From Trichoplax adhaerens (lineage: Eukaryota > Animalia > Placozoa): a DNA stretch of 64,000 nucleotides. Numbering within the stretch: the stretch's first letter is position 1; the number at the start of each line of letters is the position of its first letter. This document shows positions 13,543-27,600 of this stretch, piece by piece. Below the pieces are notes generated by a model, which ran no database searches, was not told where the DNA came from, and saw only the letters and a list, made by a program, of their open reading frames with translations. The stretch covers positions 820,469 through 884,468 of the forward strand of contig NW_002060960.1 of the NCBI RefSeq assembly GCF_000150275.1. Reading direction: 5' to 3'. The position numbers and the translations under genes were made by a program.

Positions 13543-16022
13543 TATGCTTATTATTATAATATGCATATTAATCGTAATAGAAGAAAAATCATCATGATAT
13601 TATTAAAATATTTCGACCACTTTATGTTTGATACCATCAACATCAAACTTACTAAAGTTTGCCTTCTTTGGCAATAGACACATTAACTTAAATTTGGTAT
13701 TTTATAAAACAACTTTGATTCATCAATGTCGAAGCAAGATCATAATAGCAGTTTATATATTATTTAATGTAAGAATATGAATATCACCAAAGGTAGAATT
13801 TCGATCTTAAGTTCTGCGACGGAAATAAATTTTGATCGACCTCTCTTACTCTAGAGCTTTTATTTATGAATCCTTATTTGGAAGTATTTCCTTCCTTTAT
13901 ATTTATGATTATTATCGATACCAAGTCTCGACCTCAAATTTAGATTTACAAGAAACCTATCAACTGATGGCATCTCTCAAAATGTATATATCGTTAAGTC
14001 TATAATTTTCGCATGAAACTTTTATTAAGCTATAATGTAGGAAGTGTCATAATGCTATTCAAGTATTACCATATAACTTTTCATCAGCAACAGAACTATA
14101 AAATTATATTTTGTAAGCAAGTTAAAAAGCTTAATAAACAGCGATAGGATGAGTGCGAGTAAATATTTTTCTACAGGCGATAATCAAGGGATGTTAGGTG
14201 AAAATGTGAATAAAAATATACTAAAACATAGCTGTAAAATTTCAATTATTTGGTATAGTATTGACATGGAAATCTATTTCGGACATTCATATAATTTATG
14301 TTATCTTTATTTCCAGTATAAGACACTTTCGTGGAGTTAAGGTAACATCTATTGTTAGGATCGGAATAAAAAATATTCAGCTTAATATAATTAATGCCTA
14401 ACGTCTAATAGGCAAAATGATATATTGTTATCACTATTTCTTAATAAGGCTACTAAAGCCGAATGTAACAATTTATATAAAGCCCCAGCGCAAATGTCAA
14501 AGATGGCAACAAAGCAAGATCATTACGGTTTTTTATATCTAATGTGAATAATGCTTGATTTAGTCTCTATCTAAATACAGTCCGGATATTAAATTTCAAA
14601 TATACCTTTCATGCAATTAATGATAACTAAAAAAGTTCATAATATCAACGAGTAATATGCTAATTATTGCTCCTGAGTACTACTATAGAAGTCATCATGA
14701 GTGGGAATAATGGAAAAGTTTAATGTAATTTATATTCTGATGACCATTAAATAAATGAATTGAAAGGTATTACTATGCTAGCTTGATACTGCATAATGAC
14801 TAATATTTAGCCTTTATCATGTTTGTTGCATGTTGTAACGGTCACATATCACAAAGGTCTTCTTGGCGAATTAGATATACTCGATAAATACTTCATTGTT
14901 TGAGTGAAATTAAAATGCTACTGCTATGGCTACCTCGCTACAAATAATATCAAGTAATTGAAGACGGTATTAAAAAAATTTGACCTTTTTATCATACCTT
15001 TTAAATAATTTAATATATCATTGTTATTGACGTAAAGTTGCTACTTCCATTATTCTAAGATGTACAATCTATTTTTGCAGTGTTAATATCATTTCATTAT
15101 CATAATTTCGAAAGTAATTATCTGACAGATTGTCAGAATTTAAACTCTGCGACTATGAAACATGCAGTATAAGTCTATAAGTAACGACTGACTTAAAACG
15201 CTCTTTTAATAAGCGTTAAGCACACCCTTTAAAGTACCGTAAAGATAAAACTTTTATTAGCATAGACATTTTCATAACTTTTCACCATGCAACTCTACTC
15301 AAATATTCCTGTTTACATAGGAACTGTCCAATTTGTAAACGACTACAGTATTATTATGAAACCTTATTAGGAGAGACATCTCGACCTGAGATGCTCCTTA
15401 CATTGCTTTTCTATCAGTAAGTATTTTTAATCTATTACTCACACTTAATCTCAATCTAAGTACGTATGTTGTCTAGTTCAACTATCATTAGCTAGAGCTT
15501 AAACCATTACACTACTATACACATAACAACAATCAATACCAAGTATCTAGTAAACTATCACAAATAATATCCTCGTTAAGGTATTACTTATCTTACCTAC
15601 CATTACAAATATGGATATTGCCCCTATTGGCTATTACCGTACTATTACACTATCCTAACGGTAAGGTAACACCGTAAAATAGATTAATATTATCTTGTCT
15701 ATCTCATGACAGCAAGACCATCACTAGCTATAAATAATTCATTAGATTTTAGTTAAATTAGCTGAATAACATCTTCATAATTAAAAATTGCACATATTAG
15801 TGTTACTGTTGGTCTATGCTTTGGGTGGATAAGATAGTAATTTTTAATTCTTATTTTAGACTTATAGAATTTACTGTGAAAATAAATACAGGAAACGCAG
15901 AATCTATCCATGTTTTAGTTACTACAATAATAAGGTAGCTATGCAATCATAATTGATGATTTTTAGTTAGCATTCAACTTTTGGTGTTAATACTTATAAA
16001 GCATTCTAGGTTACAATTACAA

Positions 16023-17042
16023 TCAAGATCTTTGTTTAAACTGACAACATTGGCGTATGTTAAAGCAATATAGCTCTAGCGGACGTCGAAATTTTTTAAT
16101 CTTGACTATATACAGTATTGGGCCATTAAGGCAAGCCATAACTGTAGAAATATATTGTAGTGTAAAACTGAGTCCTACTACATAGGGATTCCATTTTCGA
16201 GCATAACCAATTTTTGTGCTGTATGAACCGACGAACGAAAGAAAGTAAAAGGTAAATTGCAACACTGTTAATAGTCGCAGCATTTGAAGAGTCTCCAATA
16301 CAAGTTGATTCGGTTGTATATTAATCAACAGCGGTTGAACACGAGCTGTTCGCATTGATCTACCATAAAACTGATGTTGATGGCTTCTTAATTTAACCAT
16401 TAAAATGAGATGAAATACTAAAGTAATAGCGAAAGGAACAAGGATATTAAGACCACTTAAAATTAATACCCAACTTCTACCATTTTGCGATACTGCATAG
16501 GCTGTACACATATTTCTAACGGTGCTTTTTGGCATTAAAAGAAATGATGGAGGATAATTATAAAGGATACCTATAATCCAGATACAAAGCAAAATCACTG
16601 ACGATTTCACTCGCGATATCTGCCGCGTTATATTTGCTGTTCCTGTTAATACGTAATATCGTTCATAAGCAATAAAAGCCAGCGTACCATTAGCTGCGAC
16701 TATAGCAGTAATAGACATTGGTATAATAAAACCACACAAAAAATACTTTATTATTTCTGAGCGATACTGAGAAGGAGAATTAAAATCTATTAACATCATC
16801 AGTGTCATCAATGGATAAAATATTGCTAACATAAGATTAGAAACAGCTAGATTAGTTAATGCATAGTAAGATGATTTTCTCTCTCTTTTTTGATGATAGA
16901 TTACACAAATAACATATAGGTTAGCCAAAATTCCTAGTAAACTCATTGCCAAAGCGATGCTGATCGTAAGATGGAGGATAATAACGGGAAAGGGTGGCGA
17001 GATAAAATTAACGGTAGTAAAGCTAGTTGTATTTTCTTCCAT
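16023..17042 (-). CDS. Intronless rhodopsin-class GPCR (cluster member 2)
   Basis: ORF, ATG 17042; LANLY, NLAVSN, CGFIIP, ERY, GPILY, KKFRRP; TGA stop. Confidence 0.93.
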   Translation of the reverse strand: MEENTTSFTTVNFISPPFPVIILHLTISIALAMSLLGILANLYVICVIYHQKRERKSSYYALTNLAVSNLMLAIFYPLMTLMMLIDFNSPSQYRSEIIKYFLCGFIIPMSITAIVAANGTLAFIAYERYYVLTGTANITRQISRVKSSVILLCIWIIGILYNYPPSFLLMPKSTVRNMCTAYAVSQNGRSWVLILSGLNILVPFAITLVFHLILMVKLRSHQHQFYGRSMRTARVQPLLINIQPNQLVLETLQMLRLLTVLQFTFYFLSFVGSYSTKIGYARKWNPYVVGLSFTLQYISTVMACLNGPILYIVKIKKFRRPLELYCFNIRQCCQFKQRS

Positions 17043-17589
17043 CGATATCAATTGAAAAAGTTGCAGATTAGATGATTAAATTTCCTAATTTCTCGATTCC
17101 TAATAAGATGCTCTATTGAATTAACTGACAAGAACCGCGATAATTGAAGCTCATTTAACAAACAGTGTATTATATGCTTATTCAAGAATAATAACTTGCT
17201 TAAAGCTATCAATGCATTAAAAGTGTAGTTGTCCTTAGTATCATTGTGGGTACTCTATCTAACGGTAAGAATAAATAATTCTCTAATGGAAGCCAAGTTC
17301 GTACATTTACTCACGTTTATCAAATTGAATAGGCAGATTATATTATTTGATTATATGACGCCTTAGGAAGTCTTCATTTTGCTCTTATAAATAACAAAAA
17401 ATTTCGATGACTTCCATCACTTATATTTTTGTCTTCCGTATACAATAGTTTGTTTCATTGAAAATAAGTTACGAAATCATCAAGATTAGGAAGCTCGATG
17501 ACATTGTGTTATGAAGATTATGACAAAAACAAATGAAAATGTTTTCAAATGACATTTAATAACGAATACATTCAGTTGCCGTTATTGGA

Positions 17590-18210
17590 AAAAAGTAGCT
17601 TTGTATAAACTACCACGGCGTATGATATCTTAACAATGTAAGTAAAAATAGGCATGATATTTCCAGACTTTCAGTCTTGCAATCCCTCAATTGAACTTTT
17701 TATTAAAAACATCAAAGTAGTATTAATGTAAAGCAAGCAGAAGAATAATATTACAGATTGCATCTTAAAATTACATTATTTTATAATCTTACCCGCATTT
17801 CTTAATAGTAACGGCACCTTTAATTCAGTGTTTCAGATTGAAAAACGAATACAAGATCTTATAAATGTATTTTTAGGTGCTATTTACAAAATGATTTTAC
17901 TAATTAATAATCTGAAACAATACTATTTATCTTTAGCCGTTAAATATTCATGCATCAGTAAGTTCAAGTATGACGTATTACGTAACAATTATTTTATCAA
18001 TCTTTCAAATAGTCAAATAAAAGTTATAAAATAGTATATATCACTGGATAATAGATTTGCCGTAAGTCTTCGTTCGAAGAGGCATGATACACAATAAAGT
18101 ACCGTGCCATATATAAGCAAAGTATTAATTAATAATGTAACACCTTTAATGCAATTGATTAGATTTTGTGCTATCGGAAATTGCAAGAAAGTTGTAAACA
18201 TTAGCGTACT
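17590..18210 (-). pseudogene. Probable decayed GPCR relic (different subfamily, retains D2.50-like Asp)
   Basis: ORF 18013-18351 contains TM1/TM2-like TLLINTLLIYGTVLY...ANLLSSDIYYFITFI. The same frame continues through stops into *YCFRLLISKIIL* (TM3-like Cys) and IMPIFTYIVKISYAVVVYTKL (TM5-like). Boundaries approximate. Confidence 0.4.
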
Positions 18211-18693
18211 TTTAACTCTTTGCAATTGTAAAGGGGTTAGCAACAGTGACAGTGATAGGGCAGTATGAAATCTAACGCCATCAGCGATACAAAAATCTAT
18301 ATAGTCTATTCTGATAAAATTTAGAATTCTATTAGATTCAAGATTTTTCAAAAATCTATATCGTGATCTGTTTACTAAGATAGGTTTTTGTTTACTGACG
18401 GATAATATTAGTTACTCGTTATTATGATAACAAGAAAACTTTCATTGCTTACGATTACAGAGATAAAATATTCGACGGAGATTTTTATAATAGCAAAACT
18501 CATTCATCTAAGCTACATCATAGCAGGGATAGGACTTATCCACCACCTTTGGAAATATTCTTCAATATGAAGTAATCTAATAAAAAAGAGTTTATCGTTT
18601 CGTAGTTATAAAGCAGCTAACGATACTAGTTTATGTCAATTGAAATTGTTTATAACTGTTTTAGACCGTTGAATTCCATGATATATACGTCGG

Positions 18694-18975
18694 TGTTGCG
18701 GTGCTTTACCACCGTAAGGTAATTACTTAACGTAGAAAAAGATTAGAGATTAGTTTAAGAATACACCAGCGGCCGCTCTAAGAGAGGATAAAAGGAGCTA
18801 GCTCACAACTACTAGTTATTCCGAAATTCAGTAGTCATAAAGGCTCGTCAAGCGATATAATAAACTTTTGAACTGAACACTTTTCGTGTAATTGATTGCC
18901 TATACGCATTCCGAGTGCATTAGGACATTAGTTACTAGAGGAGTGAAGCGTTCAGAAAGAAGAAAATTTATGACA
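18694..18975 (+). mobile_element. Solo LTR family H (282 bp)
   Basis: TGTTG...TGACA ends, perfect TSD GTCGG (18689-18693 and 18976-18980), TATA-like GATAAAAGG at 18787, AATAAA at 18859. Confidence 0.8.
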
Positions 18976-20448
18976 GTCGGATAGCAACAGAATATCATAT
19001 ACGAGAATTTGTTATCTTAAAATTACTTTGCAATAAGGACTAGTAGTAGTCTTCAGAAACGGGAGTTTTTATTCCCTTTATACTGCTACACTGCAATTTT
19101 AGTACGCTGTAGTTATCCTTTCCCAATAGTTACTGCCCGTATCCACTCTTGTGTTTTCTTGAGTAGGATAAACTAACATCATTATTGGCGGGTATGTATT
19201 ACAAAAGATCTGCAAGATAAACTTTATAATTTGACTTTACAAAACTTTTGATTGTCGCTGCGAAATTGATATATATAATAGATACTTTCAATCACTAGTA
19301 CATAAATTTCCTTTACCGGAAGTAACGTTGTCCTAAACTCTTATTATTAGAACTATATCAATTTTGCATGATGCAATTTGATACATGAAAATGTATTCAT
19401 TTGTAACAGATAATTCACTAACTATGGTATACTAAAATATATTATAATATTTCACTGGATAAAAACTATCTGCTATACGTTATCATTTGAAGGGCTGTAT
19501 GCAAATATTGTACTGGAAGTGTATCGCTGACGATCAAATAAGATAGATATAGATTGGTGTTTTAATTCTGATATTAGTGCTATCACTAGTATTTCTTATT
19601 ATGCAAAAGACAAATAGAACATTGAGCTTTACATAATAATGGAAGATATAACAGAACCTTTCGATTTCAGCATGAAGATCTAATCGGTTGATAATTATGA
19701 ATCCTGGCATCACACAAATTGGAAATGACGAGAATTTATGGTTTGGGAATATAGGTAAATTGTCGTTAATCACAAGACGCGCGTATATAATCGCTATAAC
19801 TAGGTGGAAAACATAGAGTAATTTCCCTATCCGGTATAGGATTGTAAAAGTATCTCACTAAATGATTATCTTAATCAAGATAGAATTTAAATAAAGGCTT
19901 TTATTACACAGTTCAAAAATAGTAGAGAAATAATTTATAATAATAAGAGTCTACTCCAATTATTCCGAGCTCGAAGTGAAATAGAACCAAATAAAAACTC
20001 ATCTCTGCATTTCTTACATAAAATTTGCTTAATATGTTTACGGAAAAAAATTGTTTCCGACTATCAGAAATGAATTAATTAGAAGAAATTTTTATAAAGT
20101 GATCATCAATATGTTTTGTAGTACCAGTCAATCTGCTTAAAACATCAATACTCTTCTATGAATGTTGAACACTGAAAGGTGCTAGGCATCTTTACAATTG
20201 CAGTAACTGAAGTCGTATACCATAAGTAGTTACCTGTCTAATATAAATATTCGACAATTTCTAATATTTTAAATAATAATCCTCTCGTATTGGCATTAGA
20301 ATAACATCTTTTCTTATAAGTATCTCAAATTTAGCTATTAATGGAATCAACTGTAAGGGTATCAAGTATACCGGTATAACAATCAGCCTGCGCATATTAT
20401 AGCCAGGTACACAAAAATTATTGTAATTAGCTGAAATCACTATGTTAC

Positions 20449-21049
20449 TGTTACGGTTTAAGATATTATGTGATAATGTTATTGAAGTAGAAGTAGACGG
20501 TTACGATTAGATAATCATAAATATTATGATCTGTTAATATTGCGAGGTTCAATCGTTAATGGACTTCCGTTAACGAATGTGTAGAAGTAAGGTACTTAAT
20601 ATGCCAATGACGTGTAATAACCAAAATGGCGGTTGTCACACTTGTAGGGAATCTGTTAGATCTTAAATTGTTAATTGGCGCGATAATATTATTAGCGCAT
20701 AATAATATCAATTATCACATATTTGTTCGATAGTAATTATTAGGATTACAAAGTTATAGAAAAGACTAAGTTATGTATAAGAATAATTAACAGGTGGAAA
20801 AGGTGTAGATTTGATACAAGTATATAAGAGGTTGTAATTTACCTCGCTAGAGAGGAGGAAAATACGGAGACCTAATAAAGTTAGTTTAGTAAATTTATCC
20901 AGACGCTTCTAGTCCGCCTTTACTGTTGACCGAAGTCCTTCGCTGAAGTGGAGCGAGTAGTGACGCCTGGTAGCAGTTTTACTGTAGGACAGAGGAGAGT
21001 AGGATAAGTGTGGAACGGGAATCCGATTGTTGCAAACGACGTTGTGACA
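20449..21049 (+). mobile_element. Solo LTR family C (601 bp)
   Basis: TGTTAC...GTGACA ends, perfect TSD GTTAC, TATATAA at 20821, AATAAA at 20874. Confidence 0.85.
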
Positions 21050-21094
21050 GTTACCGTATCCTAATTCTTGGAATTTCGAATTACTTATGTGATT

Positions 21095-21385
21095 TAAATT
21101 CAAATGAAAGATTATGCTAATATACAACAAGCTTAAAATTAGCTAAATATTCGTAATATTTTATGATTTATGTGTTATAGCAAGTTGCTATAGTGAAAAC
21201 ATACCTAAAACAAATTATTTTATTCTAACATACATGCTCTTTAAATTTATAAGATTACAAGCGAGAATACTCGCTGAGCAACAATACAATTTCATATCCT
21301 AACTCTAACCCTGACTTTTAAATACATATTCGAATTTTTACTGTCGTTACTGTTATTACTACCATTACTCTTATTACTGTTATTA
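21095..21385. repeat. Dispersed repeat F copy 1 (telomere-like TAACCC motif, trailing (G/A)TTACT microsatellite)
   Basis: Alignable with 30780-31030 (AAAACATACC.AAA.CAAATTATT, TACAATTTCATATCCTAAC.CTAACCCT). Confidence 0.75.
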
Positions 21386-21559
21386 TGTCATGTTAAAACA
21401 TCCTCACAAAATTCTCAATAGCTACATACAGTATTAATTAGTACGGAAACCGATTTCGAAAATTTATTAAATTTAAATCATGCTTACTTTCACTTTAAGA
21501 CGCTTTAGCGGGGTTAAAGGTAACGTTTATTATTAGAGTTATAATAAATAATATTTAAA

Positions 21560-21958
21560 TTAATGCAGTAAGTGTTTAACATCTAGTAAGTACCACAATG
21601 CATTCTTAACATTACTTCTTAAGATAACTACTATAGCTGATTGCTTCAACTTTGTATTTGTAATGACCAAGTAATAGTCTTTACTATTACAATGTCTAAA
21701 CCAAAGATGAAAATATTGTAAGATCATAACAATTTTTGTACTATCTAATGAAGATATCGCATTAATTAGCCTTTATTTGCATACTGCTCTAATTATAAAA
21801 TTTGAAAATGCCTTGTTGTCTGTCAATAATGAATAGAAGCTTGATGAATCAATGCGTAATATACTGATTATGTTATGGCTGTTAAGTGCTACAGCCGAAA
21901 TAAATATTGGTGCGGAAATGATACAAAAGTTTACGTCAGTGCATAATTTTATGATCAT
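21560..21958 (-). pseudogene. Probable decayed member of the cluster GPCR family
   Basis: ORF 21773-21958 reads AVALNSHNIISILRIDSSSFYSLLTDNKAFSNFII, resembling family TM1-ICL1-TM2 (LANSYIL...LRSSSYYSLINLAIANIFV). Downstream is broken by stops and frameshifts. Boundaries approximate. Confidence 0.45.
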
Positions 21959-24458
21959 TAAATGAATAAATTGAAATGCATTACTAAGTTAGCTTGCTGC
22001 TTGCTATGGACTAATTTTTAAGAATCTGCCGTGTTCATCTCATGTTTTTAAATATTACATATCATAATAATCTGGTTCTATAACGATAAATAGCAAATGA
22101 AGTCGAGTGATTTGACTTGATGACACTTGGTAGTTGATATTCTGAAAGCTAATGAAACCAATAAATATTCTTTGCGCAGCCAGGAATCTTATCATTGTTT
22201 AAAAGACTACAATCGCCGTTAATTATAAGAACGATATCGCTAAAATGTACGAGAAACTAAATAATATTTTTGTGAATATATCCATTAGAATAGGAACACA
22301 GAAAATTGAAAGCGATCGGACTAGCTGCTATGAATGTCAGACGCTCAATAGATTCTCACATCAAACAGTAGCTTAAAATCCGAAAATTTATAATACGATA
22401 GCGACTTCTTATGAACATTAATTCAACTGAAAAAATTATCTTAAAACTTATAGAATAGAGTGGATTTAGATATGCATTACTAACAATTTTCTTGCTTTCA
22501 TTTCCTTCGTGGTAACTAGCTAGACACGATAACCTATAAATAACAAATTAAGTATACCTATCAACTGCACTAAATGCTAATTAAAAAATTAGAACACTTT
22601 AAATGTACCAATGTTATTCAGATCATTAGCACGAACAATGATTTACTATTTGTTCGCAAACCCTTTCACCATGAATTTATGAATATAGTTCATGTTGTTT
22701 TAATAATTCTATAATTACAAACTCATTTCACTTAACTAGCAATCTTTAGTAAATGTGGTATCAACCTAATTAAATTACTGCCGTCATCACTAATTTCGAT
22801 TCTGAAGGGCAAAATTAAATCAAGAGTAAAGCTAGCCTTTTAAATTAATTTTTATCCAGGAATTCGGTCAAGCGCTTTATAAGAAAACAATAAAAGTTTT
22901 TATTAAGACAATGATTTACTATGTGACGTTAAAATTGGATTACTTTGAGCACAATAGCATTTTTTAATGTTGTACTCTATTATTAGGCTTTAGTATTTTA
23001 GTTTGTACTTCTAAATACGATATACTGTACTCTTAGTAAAATTAATTTCCACTATACTATTGTAAAGCTCCATGTATGTATAATCTACATTTAACATTTT
23101 CCACGGCGGAAATCTCGTTATACGGTACTCAAATCTGATTGTATTGTAGAACTACCCTAAAATATATATAAGATACTCTTATTACTAAATGAACTTAAAA
23201 AATAAATTCCTTGTGTACTTCCTATATTATAAAAGCTATCTTCGTGCACCTATCTCGTTATTTAGTTCTGCTATTTACACGGTAAGATTGTGCGCTTTAT
23301 CACTTCTACATTACTTTAGCTATTCAGCTTAGTCGCATCATCATATACGCTAAAAATTTTATACGGTTTTCCTTCTCGCACTGAATGCAATAAAGATTAG
23401 TGTTAAACTAAATTATTCTCTTACAATTTCTTACAATTATGACAGACACAATCTCTTGAAACATCACAAATACGATTCGAAACATTTACAGTCGTCGACT
23501 ATTTGAACTATCCCTTAAGTAATTAATTCAGTCATTGTTACTCGGTCCTAAATATAAAATAATAATTAAAATTGAATGAATTTACGGTGGTTTTCGAAAT
23601 AACATAACGTACATTTAGGATAAAAAGGGTACTATTTACTAATTCCAGCTAAATTAATCTCTTTTTTAGTGTAACATAGTATTAACTTTCAACTCGTAGA
23701 TAGGTGCATTAAGCTAAAACAGCAAATTTAAGTCATTTATTTTTAATTAATGTTAATTTATGCCTTTATGTATATATACATTTTTACGGTTGAAAATTAT
23801 GGCTTAATCTTTTATTATGGGTTTGTAATTTGTGCTCGAATCAAAGTTTAACCACGACTTCAATAAAGATCATACACGCTAGAACACCAATATACATAGA
23901 TATATCGTTAGATATCGCTTCAAAATTTCAATGTTTGTCGATATTATGTTTTTTTTCTTTGGCCTTATTAATGCAAATAGTTAGCTCTTGTTACGGTGCA
24001 ACTTCAATACACCTGTCGTAACATATTCTTTATAAGAGAATTTATCTAGGATTGTGTTAATATTAATTTTCTCTATAAAATTTTACCTATTTTTAATAGA
24101 TAACTACATAATAGTGTAATATTATCTACGAACTGATAATAATTAATACTCGTTTTTATTTTCTATAAATTGGCTGATTTTTCAATAGTTTAATTTTCTG
24201 TAGTATATAGCAGTTTCTAGTTGCAAATCTAGATTGGAGCAATCCTGTGTAGGGAATTATTCATATACTATTTAATTAGGCTATATTAAGGGTAACTTTA
24301 AAACCTACCAAGAGTAATATAGAGGAATGCCAAATTTCTCTAGATAGAAATTAATTACTGTATTGAAACTGTTTGATCGATCGTTTGTTTATATAATGTT
24401 ACCTCGGGCTAGTAATAATTTTACAATCTATCATTTACAACTAAGCCAAGAGGCCTAT

Positions 24459-25015
24459 AGTGATATATACCGATCACAAGATTCCAAATTTTAGAAAAAT
24501 CTGGGCTTTATTGAATCTTATACAAAGATTAACTGCACACAGCTCTACTCTAGCCGAATACTACTACTAAAGACTTCTAAAACGAACTAACAGAATAATC
24601 TAAAGTTGTATGCTTTTATACTTTTCGTAGCATTCGCAGCTACAATCCGCATGGCAACCTTTTACCTTATTTTACACGTAGTAAAATTATTCTTAGTAAG
24701 ACTATTCTACTGCGGACCATCATTAATCCGATATGGATACGACTACAATATTTATGTAGACATTATTCACACCAGCCAAAGTACAGTACAATGAATTAAA
24801 CATGTCCTAATATATGATTTACAGTTCTATTTTTACCTATAACCTTATTAGTAACTCAACACCTTACTGTATATTGTCATCTGTACTCTAGCATAGAGTC
24901 TCTACCACTACAGTCTATAGTTACAGCTACCAAATATCTCTTATGATAAATATCTACCGTACATTATACTACACATGGCTAACAGTCTACAATCACAATA
25001 CTAAGTTACATTACA
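24459..25015 (-). mobile_element. Solo LTR family A, full length (557 bp)
   Basis: (A)GTGAT...ATTACA ends, TSD CCTAT/CTTAT (4/5), near-identical to 12989-13542. Confidence 0.88.
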
Positions 25016-25205
25016 CTTATATACTAAATTAAGAAAGGGAGCCGTCTAGGTGAAAACGAAAATTTTAGATTCTAATAGAAAGCTGCTACGCAATCGAATA
25101 ATAAATCCACTTTGAAAATCTGAACAATAATTGTTTTTCAGTTACAAGTTAATTCTCTAGCAAGGAACAATTTTTCAAGAGGAAAACAGTTCTCTCGATG
25201 ATCAA

Positions 25206-26240
25206 TTAAGCCATTAAAGTAACCGATATCTTCGATGTTGATAAACTGCCACAGCGCCTGCAAGCAGACCAATAATGTTGTAATGGATACTGGAACTTAG
25301 ATAACCTGACGATGTAAAGAATTGGACTTTGAAGCCCTGTAGTAATAAGGGCTGCATATTGAATGCAAAATGAATAGCCTATTAGATATTTATTCCAATT
25401 TAAAGTGTATCCAATCGCTGAGATATAGAAAGTTAACAACCACAGTAAGCAGCAGAATAATTGCAAGAAAGCCAATTCACGTATTAACGCTATTGTTAAT
25501 TGTAATCGCCGTCTGACGGCAATACAACTCCACATGGCGGTGGATGTGGTAACATAGTTCTGAAACGGTAAAACAGAATTTTTACTTCGTTCATGAAGTT
25601 TTAATTTCTTGGCAATTATGAAATGGCTGATAAACGTGACACTAAATGGAATAAAAATATTAAGTGTAGCAAAGATTAGCATTACAGTGCGGATCAGTGT
25701 AACTTTGGTAAAATAAGTGCAGATTGTTAAAATAGAACTTCCATCAATAACCAAAATAGAACGTGGCCACTGTTGTAAAATCCCTATTATTCAAGGTATT
25801 AAAAAAATGGAAATGGCTTTACAACGATTTTGCCGACGACCAAATATTAGTGTTCTCTTTAAATACCGATAGTTTTCAACTGAAATAATGGCCAAAGTAA
25901 TATTCCCCGCTATTACTGCAACTAAAGACAACGGTAGTAGAAAACCACATAAAACACTTGTCAATGATTTGGAATGGTATGATTCAGAATTATAAGTCCA
26001 TAAAATACAAATCGGTGGAATGATATAAAAGACAGCCACAACTAGATTAGCTATAGCCAAATTGCATAATCCGTAATGCGTTGACGATCTCATATCCTTG
26101 TTATAGTAAATAATAATTAAGATATAGGAATTTGCTATTACACTCATAAGACTTAAAATAGCGCCAACAGTCACCATAATTTGTACAGTAATAATAGCCA
26201 TTGGTAATTCGCCGGCGTAGGTGAAATTAGTAAAATTCAT
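25206..26240 (-). pseudogene. Full-length cluster GPCR (member 3) interrupted by one in-frame TGA at the conserved TM4 Trp
   Basis: ORFs 25791-26240 and 25206-25754 are in the same frame. The junction reads FLIP*IIGILQQWPRSILVI versus paralog LIGLWIIGILQHWPRSIIV. 344 aa if TGA (25793-25791) were TGG. Confidence 0.88.
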
Positions 26241-26777
26241 TATTTACGATTCACCTGTCTTTGAACAAATTCAGCCCTAAAAAATTTATCTGTCTGGTGT
26301 AGAATAAATTAATGTTATGAATGTATGAGATTAATAACAATATCAATTCGACTTCCATGGTAACTAGCTACGTTAAAGTAAATCATTCCATTCTACAAGT
26401 CCGGATATAAAACTGACTGAACGATGTCGTCAACATGGAAAAGGAAAGACATTGTTTTATTTATCAATGATGGCATTTAAGTTAGGATGAATCACATGAA
26501 TAATTCTATTCAATTCCTGCTGAAAATAATGGATTAAATGTCTATTAATATGTTGTAAATTATCACTTGGTTAGCTTTATGAATAGTAACTTATGACCTC
26601 TAACTGAAAGATGAGCATTGGCTATCGGCTCATTTATTTTCCTATTCATAATGCATAATTTTTAGGTGTTTTAATTTTCTTTCTTCGATTATGTCTAATA
26701 CTTGGTTTTATTACAAACATTCCTATTTAATTCAGCAACGTAATGAAAACTTAATAAGCCCTCGAATCTTTTGGGAA

Positions 26778-27600
26778 TAATCCAAATTGAAATATACAAG
26801 GGAATGTAAACTTTCGATACCATCAACATTAAGATAAATTATTTTATTTCATTAATCAAATCAGAGTATATCATTGTCACGGTACGAACTACCGTGAAGA
26901 AATAGCTATCTAAACTTGGTAAATATAATATAGTGATAATATATTAAAACTAGTTACTTACAATAGGAATTACTCTAATTATAAATGTGTTACAGTAAAT
27001 ATAATGCTGTGCTGTAATGTGCACTGAAATGATTCTGTGAATGGACATATTGTAGTCCGACTGTGAAAAATTAGTTAGTAGATGTTCTTACCAAAGTATT
27101 TTTATAAGATGACTCATGAATGTTAGCTGCTGTAGAAGGGTATATAAGCCGGTCAGATAGTAGAATAAAGTAGTTCTCAATTGTCTAGTTGAGTTTAACG
27201 TAGAATCAAAGGCGTCTAAAATCTTGTGAGTAGGGATACTGAATCCGCAGATTTTTAGAGATTTAGAGGTTTATTTTATGTTATCCTTGTCACGAAGCTG
27301 GTTTGTGACAATTATTCAATTATAGGCTTTCTGTGTAGACACAGGTATTATAAATTAGATACAGAAAGTGTTAATTGAAAAGATATAATTTGAATTAAAT
27401 CCAATTTTATTAAAAATTTTTAAGCAATTAAGCAGAAATGGAACTTTTTAGGCATTCAAGCATACAAGCAGGTTATTGATCTTCAAAAAATTCAAATCAT
27501 TAGAGAGTAAATTTGAGATGATTCATAAGTGAAAAAAATTATATCATAATTTCCGAAGAAACTAGGTAATTCTCTATGATAAACCAGAATCGCCAAAGTA
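26778..27600. repeat. Old direct duplication, copy 1 (interrupted by LTR B)
   Basis: Shares AATCCAAATTGAAAT, ATAAATTATTTTATTTCATTAATCAA, AAGCAGGTTATT, TTAGAG.GTAAATTTGAGAT and AGAAACTAG.TAATT with 29640-30060. Confidence 0.75.
26875..27310 (+). mobile_element. Solo LTR family B copy 1 (436 bp)
   Basis: TGTCAC...GTGACA ends, TSD ATCAT/ATTAT, TATATAA at 27141, AATAAA at 27164; near-identical to 33985-34426. Confidence 0.92.

Noticed and set aside
15131-15711. Possible solo LTR TGTCA...TGACA (581 bp)
   Set aside because: LTR-like composition and minus-strand AATAAA, but no matching TSD or second copy; not supportable.
13136-24794. Two near-identical 62-aa ORFs (13136-13324, 24606-24794)
   Set aside because: Non-ATG starts, inside LTR family A; similarity simply reflects repeat identity.
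25791-25793. UGA=Trp genetic code or selenocysteine
   Set aside because: Neighbouring genes use TGG for Trp and end in TGA; the position is Trp not Cys in paralogs; no SECIS recognised.
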